Below are positions 19,187 to 28,892 of a stretch of 53,783 bases of DNA, in pieces. Source of the stretch: Phycisphaeraceae bacterium (GTDB lineage: Bacteria > Planctomycetota > Phycisphaerae > Phycisphaerales > Zrk34); the NCBI GenBank assembly GCA_040905565.1, contig JBBDRF010000077.1, forward strand, positions 1-53,783. Direction: 5' to 3'. The notes under the pieces were generated by a model, which was not told the origin of the DNA, did not search any database, and worked only from the letters and a program-made list of their open reading frames with translations. The stretch's first letter is position 1. The number at the start of each line of letters is the position of its first letter. The position numbers and the translations under genes were made by a program.

Positions 19187-21000
19187 GACTCATCTTCCGT
19201 AGCGTGATTGCGATAGAGCGCTCGCGGTCGGCCCCCGTCTTCGAAGAAGCGTGCGAAGCTGAAGCCCGCCTGCTGAAGCGATCGCGCCACGTCGCCGTCG
19301 CGTTCGGCCACCACGTAGACCAGCTTCTCCTGGGCAACGAGCTGATCCAGTTGCGACGGCGCGACAGGCGGCACAGCCCGAGCGAGGTAGAACAGAAACG
19401 CGTTGTTCAGCGGCGGCCCGTCGCCATCGTCGTGCAGATACATCAGTTCGTGATCGGCGGCGAGGACGGCGAGTTCACGGGCGTCAGTGACGTGATCGTA
19501 TTGGCGGTAGGGTGCATGGGCATGCGCGTGGAAGCCGAGCGTTCCGGCCACCAGCATCCAGGCCACGGTGGCGCATGCTGCCTGGCGCGGCTGCCATCGC
19601 AGGTGCATCACCGCACCACTCACGGCGATCGTCAGCAGCACCACCGCCGTCAGCAGCACAAGCCAGGTCGCCACCGGCGCGAGTTCGATGTTGCCAAGGT
19701 GTCCCGCCTCGACCAGCGCCTGTTGATTGAGCATGAACCACGCCCCGCCGACGGACATGCCGATGAGCATCAGCCAATGCGGCAGCCGAAGCCAGTTCAC
19801 CCCCGGATCGTGCTCGCGCCGTGAGGCCAAAGCGGTGTGGTACGCCCAGAGCTGGCCGACCATCAGCGCCACAGCCGGCAGAATCGGCACCAGATAACGT
19901 GGATGTGCTGCAGCGGGGATGCTGAACGCCACGAACACCAGCACGAACCACGACCAGGCAATCAGCAGTTGGCGCCGACGTTCGCTATCGGCGCGAAGGA
20001 ACGGCTGGCACAACGCCCCGATCAGGAACACGATCCACGGGAAGAATGTCGCCAGCACGCGGCCATGCGACCAGGTGAGCACGAACAGATGCTCGGGCAT
20101 CGAAACATGGCCGACGATGCGGCCCCATGCGTCCGGCACCCGGTGCGGATCCAGCACATACAGGTACCACGGCACCGCCGCCACGACGCCGAGGCTGAGC
20201 GCGAACACTAAGCCAAACGTATTGCCGACGCGCCGACGGGGCGTCAGCAGAATCGCGGCGATCAACGGCGGCAGCACGAATACCGCCGCGATGAACCCGC
20301 TGGTCAGGATCGCGGCGGCGAGTGCGATGCCCGAGATCAGCCAGCCGACCATCCGCCGACCCACCCAGGCGGTCGGCTTGAGCGGGCGCATCGCCCACAG
20401 CGCCGCAGCCATGGAAAGCGTCGCAAAGCCGAGCAGGATGCTGTCGGGCGTGGCTGTGCGCGCCTGATAGATGAACAGCACGGAGCAGCCGAGCGCCACC
20501 GCTGCCAGCCACGCCACCGGGCCGCCGCCGACGCTCATTCCCGCCCAGTAGGTCGCCAGCACCGCCAGCAGCGCCATCGCCACCGAAAGCAGACGCGCAC
20601 GATGCATCAGCGTTTCCGGCGAAGCGGTGGCCGGATCCAGCCCTGCCCATGCAGCCATATTCAGCCACACCGCCATCGGCGGCTCGCGCAACATCTGCTG
20701 ACGATTCGCTGTGGGAATCAGGTACGCCAGCGGCTCCCCCGCGTGATGGCGCTGCCACGTCTCCCGGCTGCGCAGCAGCGTCGCCGCTTCCTCGCCGCCT
20801 GTCACATCCGCAGCGGAAAGGCTAACCAGCAACGGCGGCAGGCACACCAGCACCGTCAACAACAACCCCAGCCACACGCGCCAACGGCTGTAGCGTTCGT
20901 CTGGCAGTGCGACGCGTTGGGGCGGCTCGCCTCCCGCGCCGGTCGCTCCGGCTCGCTCGGACCCCACGCTCAGCCGGCGCGACAGCGAACGCCCCGACAT
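19183..21000 (-). CDS. ArnT/GT-C (PMT_2-like) integral membrane glycosyltransferase
   Basis: Multiple TM helices; EPPMAVWL, ARLLS, ARTATPD, PWY, FFPW, RYLVPILPAVAL; start uncertain. Confidence 0.8.
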   Translation of the reverse strand: MSGRSLSRRLSVGSERAGATGAGGEPPQRVALPDERYSRWRVWLGLLLTVLVCLPPLLVSLSAADVTGGEEAATLLRSRETWQRHHAGEPLAYLIPTANRQQMLREPPMAVWLNMAAWAGLDPATASPETLMHRARLLSVAMALLAVLATYWAGMSVGGGPVAWLAAVALGCSVLFIYQARTATPDSILLGFATLSMAAALWAMRPLKPTAWVGRRMVGWLISGIALAAAILTSGFIAAVFVLPPLIAAILLTPRRRVGNTFGLVFALSLGVVAAVPWYLYVLDPHRVPDAWGRIVGHVSMPEHLFVLTWSHGRVLATFFPWIVFLIGALCQPFLRADSERRRQLLIAWSWFVLVFVAFSIPAAAHPRYLVPILPAVALMVGQLWAYHTALASRREHDPGVNWLRLPHWLMLIGMSVGGAWFMLNQQALVEAGHLGNIELAPVATWLVLLTAVVLLTIAVSGAVMHLRWQPRQAACATVAWMLVAGTLGFHAHAHAPYRQYDHVTDARELAVLAADHELMYLHDDGDGPPLNNAFLFYLARAVPPVAPSQLDQLVAQEKLVYVVAERDGDVARSLQQAGFSFARFFEDGGRPRALYRNHATEDES

Positions 21001-21117
21001 CGCGCCGGAACGAGGCTTCGTTTCCGTTGATTGTGAACCCGTAGACAAAGCGGCTGATCTCCCGCAGAACATTCCTGCGAACCGCGCTCCATCTTAACCG
21101 CTGACCGCCTCGGGCGC

Positions 21118-21369
21118 TCAATCGCGCCGCCTCCGCGGCGGCTCGTTTGCCGCTCGCCGACCGTAGATATCCAGTACCACGATCACCAGCCCGACGAACA
21201 TCATCGGCAGGCCGATGAACATGGCCATCACCGACATCGTGCCGATGAACCCGATGATCATCAACAGGATGCCCACCGTCATCCGGAAGGCCGGCAGAAG
21301 GATCGCCATGAGGATCAGCACGAACGCGACGCCCGCCGCTATTGCCGCCAACAGTCCCGGATCATCCAT
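21118..21369 (-). CDS. Small hydrophobic membrane protein
   Basis: About three hydrophobic segments with an Arg-rich C-terminus; start MDDPG inferred. Confidence 0.6.
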   Translation of the reverse strand: MDDPGLLAAIAAGVAFVLILMAILLPAFRMTVGILLMIIGFIGTMSVMAMFIGLPMMFVGLVIVVLDIYGRRAANEPPRRRRD

Positions 21370-21430
21370 CGTTCGCGACCTCAGCCGGCCTCTTCCGTCC
21401 GCCCCCGCGCCGCAGGCTCGCCGCCCATGA

Positions 21431-21469
21431 GGCAACGCTCCGACGGGCCGGTTCCGTCGGAGCGTTGCC
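21431..21469. terminator. 16-bp perfect stem-loop downstream of the PEP-CTERM gene
   Basis: ggcaacgctccgacgg / ccgtcggagcgttgcc; no clear U-tract. Confidence 0.5.
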
Positions 21470-21496
21470 GTTGCTTGGAGCGTGGGCGCTGCGTTG

Positions 21497-22246
21497 TTAG
21501 ACGCCGTTGAACAGCTTCCGCGAGCGTCGACCGCGTCGCATCATCGCCGCGGCACCGAACACGCCTAGCACCGCCAGGCTGGTCGGTTCAGGGACAACCG
21601 TGGGGTCGCCGCCGTCGCCGTTGATGTCGTCGTTGCTGTGATCATGTCCGCACAGCAGCTCGCAGTCGAAGTCGGATGGGTCGATCCCGCCCCCACCGAC
21701 GCCGCCGCCGCCGCTTCCGGAGATGCCTCCGCCGGCGTTGAAGAGCGCGGAGAAGGAGCGGCCGTCGTTGCTGATGGCGCTGATCGTACTGTCGCCGATG
21801 CTCAGTCCCCCCGAGCCGCTGCCCTGCTCGTTGAAGCTGGCGTTCAACAGCACGTCGTCGCTGAGGACGGACGAAGTGGCCTGCATGTCGAAGTTGCCGT
21901 AGGAAACTTCTTCAAGGCCGCCCATCCCGTCGTCCAGAACGATGCTGTAGTCGCCCTGATAGTTGGCGACGCTGTTACCGAGGCCGCCGACGGATTCGAC
22001 GGTGCCGTCCATGCTCAATCGGTAATCACCGAGGCTGGTTGAGCCCAGGAAATCCTGATCTGAGATATCGACGAACGCGCCGTCTTCGACGACCAGTGGA
22101 TCGCCCACCATCGCCCCGTCGGAGATCGGCGTGTCAGTGCTAAAGGTTGTGTTCGCCGTAAAGTTCGAAAGAGCCACCGGTACGAGCCATAGGCTTAAAG
22201 CCAGGCCGGCCGCTCCCGCGCCTAGCTTCCATTTTGGATAGATCAT
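21497..22246 (-). CDS. PEP-CTERM sorting-domain surface protein
   Basis: N-terminal signal peptide; C-terminal VPEPTSLAVLGVFGAAAMMRRGRR; acidic and Gly/Ser-rich body. Confidence 0.9.
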   Translation of the reverse strand: MIYPKWKLGAGAAGLALSLWLVPVALSNFTANTTFSTDTPISDGAMVGDPLVVEDGAFVDISDQDFLGSTSLGDYRLSMDGTVESVGGLGNSVANYQGDYSIVLDDGMGGLEEVSYGNFDMQATSSVLSDDVLLNASFNEQGSGSGGLSIGDSTISAISNDGRSFSALFNAGGGISGSGGGGVGGGGIDPSDFDCELLCGHDHSNDDINGDGGDPTVVPEPTSLAVLGVFGAAAMMRRGRRSRKLFNGV

Positions 22247-22509
22247 CTTCGCTTTCCCCTCCCCTGGTAGTGAACACGCATCGCGCAGCTCCCGGTCAGC
22301 GCCCATGCGTGATTATGTGTTCGTTGTCACTTTACCCAGCCGCTAAAGTCGCACGTCCCCGGAACACCACCCCACGCCAGCACCGGCTAACCAGCAGACC
22401 CACCCCCAGTCATTCCCCCCCACCCCTACCTCGCCTTGGCCGACCGCACTTTGGGTGATGGTTGCGTTACAATGTACTGCTTCATTCTGCTGCCACGGAT
22501 ACCGCCATC

Positions 22510-24033
22510 ATGACCACCGCCACCACCATCCAGGGTTTGAAAACACGCCTCAAAGTCGGCATGGAGATCCACGTCGAACTCGCCACACGCACACGCATGT
22601 GGACCGGGGCGCCGAACGTGGCTCACCCGGAGAACTTCGACGCCGAGCCGAACACCATCCTCGACCCCGTCGTCATCGGCATGCCCGGCGTGTTGCCCGT
22701 GATGAACCAGGCCGCCGTCGAGATGAGCATCCGAATCGGCCTCGCGCTCGGCTGCCAGATCGCCCACTTCACCAAGTGGGATCGCAAAAGCTACTACTAT
22801 CCTGACCTGCCCAAGAACTACCAGATCTCGCAGTACGATCTGCCGCTGTGCTACGAGGGCGTGATGGAGGTGCCCGTCACCGACCAGCCCGGTGCCGAGT
22901 TGAAGCCGATCCGCATCACCCGCGCCCATCTCGAGGAAGACGCCGGCAAGCTGATGCACGAAGGCGCCGGCGGCAAGAAGATCGACTACTCCATCGTCGA
23001 CCTCAACCGGGCTGGCACGCCGTTGCTGGAGATTGTGACGGAGCCGGACTTCGAAACCGCCGATCATGCCGTGATGTTTGGCCAGTCGCTTCGCAACATC
23101 TGCCGATTCATGGGCGTCAGCGAAGGCATCATGCAACGCGGCCACATGCGCTTCGAACCGAACATCAACGTCATCATCGAAAAAGATGGCCAGGAGTACG
23201 CCACGCCGATCGTGGAGATCAAGAACCTCAACTCCTTCCGCGCCCTCTACGCCGCCATCCAGTACGAACATCAACGGCAGGTTGAACAGTGGCTCGACGA
23301 TGGCAAGACGCTCGAATCCGGCGGCAAAAGCACGCGCGGCTGGGACGACGTTCGCCTCGTCACACTGCTGCAGCGAGAGAAGGAAGCTGCCCAGGATTAC
23401 CGCTACTTCCCGGATCCCGACCTCGTGCCCGTCACGCTCGAGAAGGACTATATCGACCGTCTGCACAGCGAGCTGCCTGAGCTGCCGTTGCAGCGGGAGA
23501 GCCGCTACATCCACGAGTTCAAGCTGAACCCGAAGGACGCGCGGGCGCTGGTCGATGAACGTGAAGTCTGCTTCTTCTTCGAGTCCGTCGTCGAAGCGGG
23601 CGTCCCCGCCAAGCGTGCCGCTGCGATTCTGCTGAACAACCTCGCCAAGCGCGCCAACGAGCAAGGGGTTTTCCTCAGCGCTCTGGGCATCACGCCTGTG
23701 CAGATCGCGGCGATCGAGCGGATGAACGCGGACAACAAGATTTCCTCTTCCGCTGCCGACGAGCTTTACGGTCTGTGCATCGAACTCGGCACTGCCGCCG
23801 ATGCCGAGCAGCTCGCTGAGGAGAAGGGCCTGATGCAGGTGTCCGACGACACCGCGATCGATGCATGGGTCGACACCGCCATTGCGGCCGAGCCCCAAGC
23901 CGCCGACGATGTCGCCAACGGCAAAATGGCCGCCGTCGGCCGCCTCATCGGCGCCGCGATGAAAGCCTCCAAAGGCCAGGCTAACCCGAAAGTCCTTCAG
24001 CAGAAGTTCCGCGAAAAACTGCAGGGCCAGTAA
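22510..24033 (+). CDS. gatB: Asp/Glu-tRNA amidotransferase subunit B
   Basis: VGMEIHVEL, GMPGVLPV, DRKSYYYPDLPKNYQISQ, HLEEDAGK, LNRAGTPLLEIVTEP, EIKNLNS, YRYFPDPDL. Confidence 0.97.
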   Translation: MTTATTIQGLKTRLKVGMEIHVELATRTRMWTGAPNVAHPENFDAEPNTILDPVVIGMPGVLPVMNQAAVEMSIRIGLALGCQIAHFTKWDRKSYYYPDLPKNYQISQYDLPLCYEGVMEVPVTDQPGAELKPIRITRAHLEEDAGKLMHEGAGGKKIDYSIVDLNRAGTPLLEIVTEPDFETADHAVMFGQSLRNICRFMGVSEGIMQRGHMRFEPNINVIIEKDGQEYATPIVEIKNLNSFRALYAAIQYEHQRQVEQWLDDGKTLESGGKSTRGWDDVRLVTLLQREKEAAQDYRYFPDPDLVPVTLEKDYIDRLHSELPELPLQRESRYIHEFKLNPKDARALVDEREVCFFFESVVEAGVPAKRAAAILLNNLAKRANEQGVFLSALGITPVQIAAIERMNADNKISSSAADELYGLCIELGTAADAEQLAEEKGLMQVSDDTAIDAWVDTAIAAEPQAADDVANGKMAAVGRLIGAAMKASKGQANPKVLQQKFREKLQGQ

Positions 24034-24065
24034 GCAGGCGATCGAAGATTGCCGCTTCTTTCCAC

Positions 24066-26789
24066 TCACCCCGCAGCCGCTCGCGCCCGCTGACTGCGCA
24101 GCTCCTCCACCTGTTCCGCCGCCCGCTTCCCAGCGATGAACGCGTGGTCCGAATTATAGTATTCCCACTCGCTGTACCGGCCGGCCAACAGAATATCCTG
24201 CTCCGCAAGCCAAGAGCGAATCAACTTAACCAGTTTCGGCCTTTGATGGTCGTAAACCACATAAGCGAACGGCATATCCACCTGATGCGCGGTCAATATA
24301 GGATCGTCCGCGGAGAACATGCCGACCTTATGACAATCTTGAATGCACCGCTGCGTTAGAGCGTCACCATCGCAAGGCAACGGTTTATAGGACGAGTAGG
24401 TGATCTCGCAAGTCAGCCCGAACCCGCCGGGCGGATTGCAGTGTGGACTCGCGTTGCCCTGCACGAAGATGCGATGAAACACAGGCTCCGCTTCGGGATA
24501 GTAAATCCAGTGCATGTCCGTCAGGTTCTCACGCCCGACGCCGATGTTCACGCACCGCACACTGACGTAACGCAGCCGCGCTGCTGCGTCGCGCACGGCT
24601 GCGGGCGCTTCATCGCCCATCGCACGGATCAGCTTCGGCAACGGCATCGTCGAAACGAGGTAGTCGTAGGGCTGCTCCTCGCCGTCGTCCAACGTCACCG
24701 TCCGCCGCGTTGGCGAGACGCGCGTGATCCGCGTATCAAGCTCCAGACAATCGCGAACATAAGGCAAAAACCCGTCCATTAACGCCTGAAACCCGCCCCT
24801 TAGCGGATAGCCGAACCGGGCGTTGGGGCCCATGGGTCGGCCGGCCGGCTTCAATGCGTTGACGATCATGTCTTCAATGTTCGGCATCGGCACCCGGCCC
24901 CCCAGCCACGACGTCTCCATCTCCTCCAGCGGCACCGCCCATAGTTTGCGGTTATAGGGAATTGCAAAATGTTTTGCGATCCCTCTTCCCCACACCTTAT
25001 AGATAAATTCCTCAAAGTTCCGAGGCTCGCACCTCGCGCCTAGCGTTCCCACCGGCGAAGCCTCCGCAAGCGGTGATTCCGATTCCATCACGCCATCGGC
25101 ACAGCAATCCTTCACGTCACCGTTGGTGTCCCGAGTCGCCTTGGGCGCTACGCGACTGGCTGCCACCTGCGATGTCACCTTCGCCTTCTTCGCGCCCCGC
25201 GATGCCGCCTGCGAAACGTGGTCGACCTCGTCCTGCTTCTGCTCCAACGGCCCGAACCGCGCCTCGATCGCACCAAGAATACATTCAGAAATCACGGCAG
25301 GCGGCAGACCATACAAACACCCCTGAAACGGATACCTCGTATGCACGCCCTTCGAATGAATCCACGCTTCCCGGTTCTGCCAATGAACATTAGTTCCTAG
25401 AAGCTTTTCGTACATCTCATGAACATAAGGATCCTTGGAGAACATAATGTGTCCCGCGTGATCGAACGTGAATCCCGCCTCCTTGATCGATCGGCAGTGC
25501 CCGCCGATGCTTGCCTCCGCTTCAATCACCCGCGTCTCCGCTTCCAGGTGATAGGCGGTGGATAACCCCGTGGGGCCTGCGCCGATGACCACGACCGGTG
25601 CTTGCGGTGCCGAGGCGTCCGTTGCGGCGGCTTTTGGATACTTGAGCGCTGCGTCATCTTCACCCGAAGCGATCGCGGCCTTCCGGTCAATCGCACGACT
25701 TACAAGGTTGTCCATCTTCTTCACTGTGCTCGCCCACGACGTCCCGCTGAGCACCTCCGCCATTCGGTCGAGTCGTTTCCGTCGTTCCGTTTCGCTTGCC
25801 TCGAGCGCGGTTTCGCACTGGGCCACGAAGTCGCGTGCGGTGTTGGCGAGGTAGACCACGTGCCCGTACGGCTCGGCGACGTCGCGAATCGGCGTGGACA
25901 CGATCATCCGCTCAGCGGCCATGTACTCAAGCGTTTTCGTCGGGCTGATGAACCGCGTCGCACGGTTCATCGCAAACGGGAGCAGGCATACATCCCACCC
26001 GGCCAGAAAGCTCGGCAGGCGCTCATAAGGTTGCTGCCCGAAGTAGTGAATGTTCGCATGCCGAGGCAACGTCGCCGGATCGATCTTGACCGTCGGCCCC
26101 ACCATGATGATTTGCCAGTCCGGGTGCGCCTGCGCCAGCCGATCGATCAAATTGATGTCCAGTCGTTCGTCGATGACGCCGAAGAAACCGAGCTTGGGTC
26201 CGGACAGTGAGGCCTGTTCGTCCGGCTCGGCCACGCTCAATGCCTGCCCGAAGTGGTCCGCATCCACAGAGGAGGGGAAGCAGTGCACGTCGGGGTGGCG
26301 ATCCTGCTTGGCGCGGTACAGGCTGGGCCCGCCGGTGAAGACGAGGTCGGCCCGGGCAAGCAGTTGCTTCTCGCGCTCCAGCAGTTCAGGCGGGGCGTGG
26401 AGGAAGGCTGAGAGTTCGTCCATGCAATCGTAGACGACCGCTTCGGGCGTCAGCGTCTGCAGCAGCGGCATCGCCATCGGCGTGTAGAACCAGGCCACGT
26501 GCCGACCCAACTTCAACTGCTTGTACAGCTGTTTCAACTGAGGCTTCAGCAGCGCGATCTGCTCGGCACCGAATGCGGGACGCGCCTCGGGCACCAGCAG
26601 GCGACACACGGTGACATTCGGGCTCGGCTGGGTGATATCCCATCGCGGCTCCGGCTCGTCCGCCTGCATCGGCTCTTCGATGAACAAAACCCGCCTTCCC
26701 GTAGCAAGGCGAGAGAGCAGGTGTTGCGGACGCTGAAACACGAAGTTCCAGCGAAGGTGTGAAAACGTGACAATATCAAACGCGTCCAT
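24066..26789 (-). CDS. Fusion of a GT-B glycosyltransferase and an FAD-dependent oxidoreductase (UDP-galactopyranose mutase-like)
   Basis: N-terminal FSHLRWNFVFQRPQHL, YDCMDELSAF, GFFGVIDER, FISPTKTLEY; C-terminal VIGAGPTG, FDHAGH, PYNRKLW, FGYP..GG, AGRYSEWEY. Confidence 0.88.
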   Translation of the reverse strand: MDAFDIVTFSHLRWNFVFQRPQHLLSRLATGRRVLFIEEPMQADEPEPRWDITQPSPNVTVCRLLVPEARPAFGAEQIALLKPQLKQLYKQLKLGRHVAWFYTPMAMPLLQTLTPEAVVYDCMDELSAFLHAPPELLEREKQLLARADLVFTGGPSLYRAKQDRHPDVHCFPSSVDADHFGQALSVAEPDEQASLSGPKLGFFGVIDERLDINLIDRLAQAHPDWQIIMVGPTVKIDPATLPRHANIHYFGQQPYERLPSFLAGWDVCLLPFAMNRATRFISPTKTLEYMAAERMIVSTPIRDVAEPYGHVVYLANTARDFVAQCETALEASETERRKRLDRMAEVLSGTSWASTVKKMDNLVSRAIDRKAAIASGEDDAALKYPKAAATDASAPQAPVVVIGAGPTGLSTAYHLEAETRVIEAEASIGGHCRSIKEAGFTFDHAGHIMFSKDPYVHEMYEKLLGTNVHWQNREAWIHSKGVHTRYPFQGCLYGLPPAVISECILGAIEARFGPLEQKQDEVDHVSQAASRGAKKAKVTSQVAASRVAPKATRDTNGDVKDCCADGVMESESPLAEASPVGTLGARCEPRNFEEFIYKVWGRGIAKHFAIPYNRKLWAVPLEEMETSWLGGRVPMPNIEDMIVNALKPAGRPMGPNARFGYPLRGGFQALMDGFLPYVRDCLELDTRITRVSPTRRTVTLDDGEEQPYDYLVSTMPLPKLIRAMGDEAPAAVRDAAARLRYVSVRCVNIGVGRENLTDMHWIYYPEAEPVFHRIFVQGNASPHCNPPGGFGLTCEITYSSYKPLPCDGDALTQRCIQDCHKVGMFSADDPILTAHQVDMPFAYVVYDHQRPKLVKLIRSWLAEQDILLAGRYSEWEYYNSDHAFIAGKRAAEQVEELRSQRARAAAG

Positions 26790-27038
26790 ATAAGTCCCCC
26801 CGCCACGCGGTCGGCACGCGTGCGTTGTAGATGTGGATACACCCGGAGCGTTGCAAAGCGAGCAATGTTCACCCCGACGCCGAGGCATGGGCGGCACCCG
26901 CGACAGCCTCGGCGCCCACCATCAAGCGGTAAATCATGCTCTGCAACGATCGCCCCCCATCGCCGATTCGCGGCTCCGAGGTGCTAACGCAAAAACCGTG
27001 CCGCGTCCGCACCCAATGATCCCGAAGACAGCCCATAC

Positions 27039-27072
27039 AAAAAAGGCCCCTCCCGAATGGGGAGAGGCCTTT
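27039..27072 (-). terminator. Intrinsic terminator
   Basis: Minus strand reads aaaggcctctccccattcgggaggggcctttttt. Confidence 0.75.
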
Positions 27073-27103
27073 GAAAATCGGAGGAAATTTTGGTCGCTGG
27101 TGA

Positions 27104-27937
27104 TCAGTCCTGCGGTTCGCGTGCCCAGACTTCGACTTCGGTGAAGTGGTTCTGGTCGTCCATGGTTGAGCCGTTGGTGTGGACGCGGACGTAGCGGGCC
27201 ACGATGCCGTCGCCCTCGACGAGCTTGCCGTCGGCGCTCTCGAAGTACTGATACTCTTCGCCAGCCCCGAGGCCGATCGTGTTCTCGTGATCGTTGTTGA
27301 AGAGGGTGGTGACGCCTTCTTCGAACTCGGGATCGTTCGAGACCTGCACGATGACGCCACGGTAAACGCGGGCTTCCATGTGGTTGAGCCACATCACGAT
27401 CGCGTAGATTTCGTATTCATCTTCGAGGTCCAGCTGAACCCACTGCGGGCCGGGCGCCAGTTCGACGTAGCGGCCGTCGAGTGCTTCCTTGTCACCGTCG
27501 GTGATCAGGTCGAGCGTGCCGATGAGCGGCAGGTCGTCCGACGCGTCGACTTCCAGATCGCGGGCCACGTTCTCCAAGCCCTTGGGCGCGAGGTAGGGCT
27601 CACGGGGCAGGCCGGTCGGCGGCAGCATGCGAGCGCCGGGGGGGGTGTCCTGAGGCGTGCCGGCGAAGACGGGGTTGGGGAGCTTGATGGGAATCGGCTC
27701 GAGATCTTCTTCCTCGCCTTTCTCTTCCTCTTCAGCGTCGGAAGCGTCGGCGCTCTCCTGCTTCTCGGCTTCGCTGCTCTTCTGCTCGTCGGCGACGGCC
27801 TGGTCGGCGATCGGGCCCACGCTGACGGAAACCGCGAGAATCACGCCGATCGCAGCGACGAGGACGCCCACCACGATCAGAAGGGCTGAGAAGTTCGTGC
27901 CGCCTGGCGACTTGTTCGGGTTGGATTGCGTGCTCAT
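27104..27937 (-). CDS. Membrane-anchored discoidin/F5-8 type C (galactose-binding-like) domain protein
   Basis: N-terminal TM and acidic linker; NVARD, LITDGD, QWVQLDL, VQVSND, ARYVRV, FTEVEVW. Confidence 0.75.
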   Translation of the reverse strand: MSTQSNPNKSPGGTNFSALLIVVGVLVAAIGVILAVSVSVGPIADQAVADEQKSSEAEKQESADASDAEEEEKGEEEDLEPIPIKLPNPVFAGTPQDTPPGARMLPPTGLPREPYLAPKGLENVARDLEVDASDDLPLIGTLDLITDGDKEALDGRYVELAPGPQWVQLDLEDEYEIYAIVMWLNHMEARVYRGVIVQVSNDPEFEEGVTTLFNNDHENTIGLGAGEEYQYFESADGKLVEGDGIVARYVRVHTNGSTMDDQNHFTEVEVWAREPQD

Positions 27938-28118
27938 CTGTGTCGCTCTCAAATAAAGTTGGAATAGTCGGGGAATAACCGGGTGGGGCCTTATTATACC
28001 CTCAAAATCGCGCGAAACCAAATAAGATTGCAGTAGGTTTCGCCCAGGCGCAGCGATCGATGCGTCGGGCTCACCGCCCGGGAAAGTCGCCCGAAGACCT
28101 GCAAATCGCTGGCGGCTT

Positions 28119-28892
28119 TCACTGGCCTTCGGAAGCGGCGGGCTCTTTTTTCTTCGGCTTAAAGATGCGGAACAGCCGGGTTAATGGGTCGTAGAACTCG
28201 TCGACGACGCGTTCCTTCATCGGAATGATCCCGTTGTCCGTGATCGTGATGTGCTCAGGGCAGACCTTCGTGCAACACTTGGTGATGTTGCAGTAACCGA
28301 TGCCGTCGCGATCTTTAAGATCCGCCACGCGGTCCTCGGTATCCAGCGGATGCATCTCGAGCGCAGCCGTGTGGATGAGGAAGCGGGGGCCGATGAACTC
28401 GTCGTGCATCTGGTGATCGCGCAGGACGTGGCAGACATCCTGGCAGAGGAAGCACTCGATGCACTTGCGGAATTCCTGGACGCGGTCGATGTCGTCCTGC
28501 TTCATCCGCCAGGTGCCGTCCTCAGCGTCGGGCTTGCGAGGCTTGAAGCGTTTGATCTTCTTCTTAACCTCGTAATTCCACGAAACGTCAGTCACGAGGT
28601 CGCGGATCGACGGGAACGCTTTGAGGGGCTCGACGGTGATCGGCTCATCGTCAGCGTAATCCTCCAGGCGTGACATGCACATGAGCTTCGGTTTGCCGTT
28701 GATCTCGGCAGAGCACGAGCCGCATTTGCCAGCCTTGCAGTTCCAACGGCAGGCGAGGTCGGGGGCGCTCTCGGCCTGCACGTTATGCACGGCGTCGAGC
28801 ACGACCATGCCGGTGTCGACTTGCGTGGTGTAGTCCTTAAAGTCGCCGCCGGAGGCGTCGCCTCGCCAGATTCTCAGCGTCACGTTTTTCAT
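28119..28892 (-). CDS. sdhB: Succinate dehydrogenase/fumarate reductase iron-sulfur subunit
   Basis: CRWNCKAGKCGSC, CIECFLCQDVC, CNITKCCTKVCP. Confidence 0.95.
   Translation of the reverse strand: MKNVTLRIWRGDASGGDFKDYTTQVDTGMVVLDAVHNVQAESAPDLACRWNCKAGKCGSCSAEINGKPKLMCMSRLEDYADDEPITVEPLKAFPSIRDLVTDVSWNYEVKKKIKRFKPRKPDAEDGTWRMKQDDIDRVQEFRKCIECFLCQDVCHVLRDHQMHDEFIGPRFLIHTAALEMHPLDTEDRVADLKDRDGIGYCNITKCCTKVCPEHITITDNGIIPMKERVVDEFYDPLTRLFRIFKPKKKEPAASEGQ

Noticed and set aside
22426..24069. 547-aa antisense ORF over gatB (likewise 5562-6818, 28934-30772 and 45676-47472)
   Set aside because: Antisense shadows of well-supported genes.
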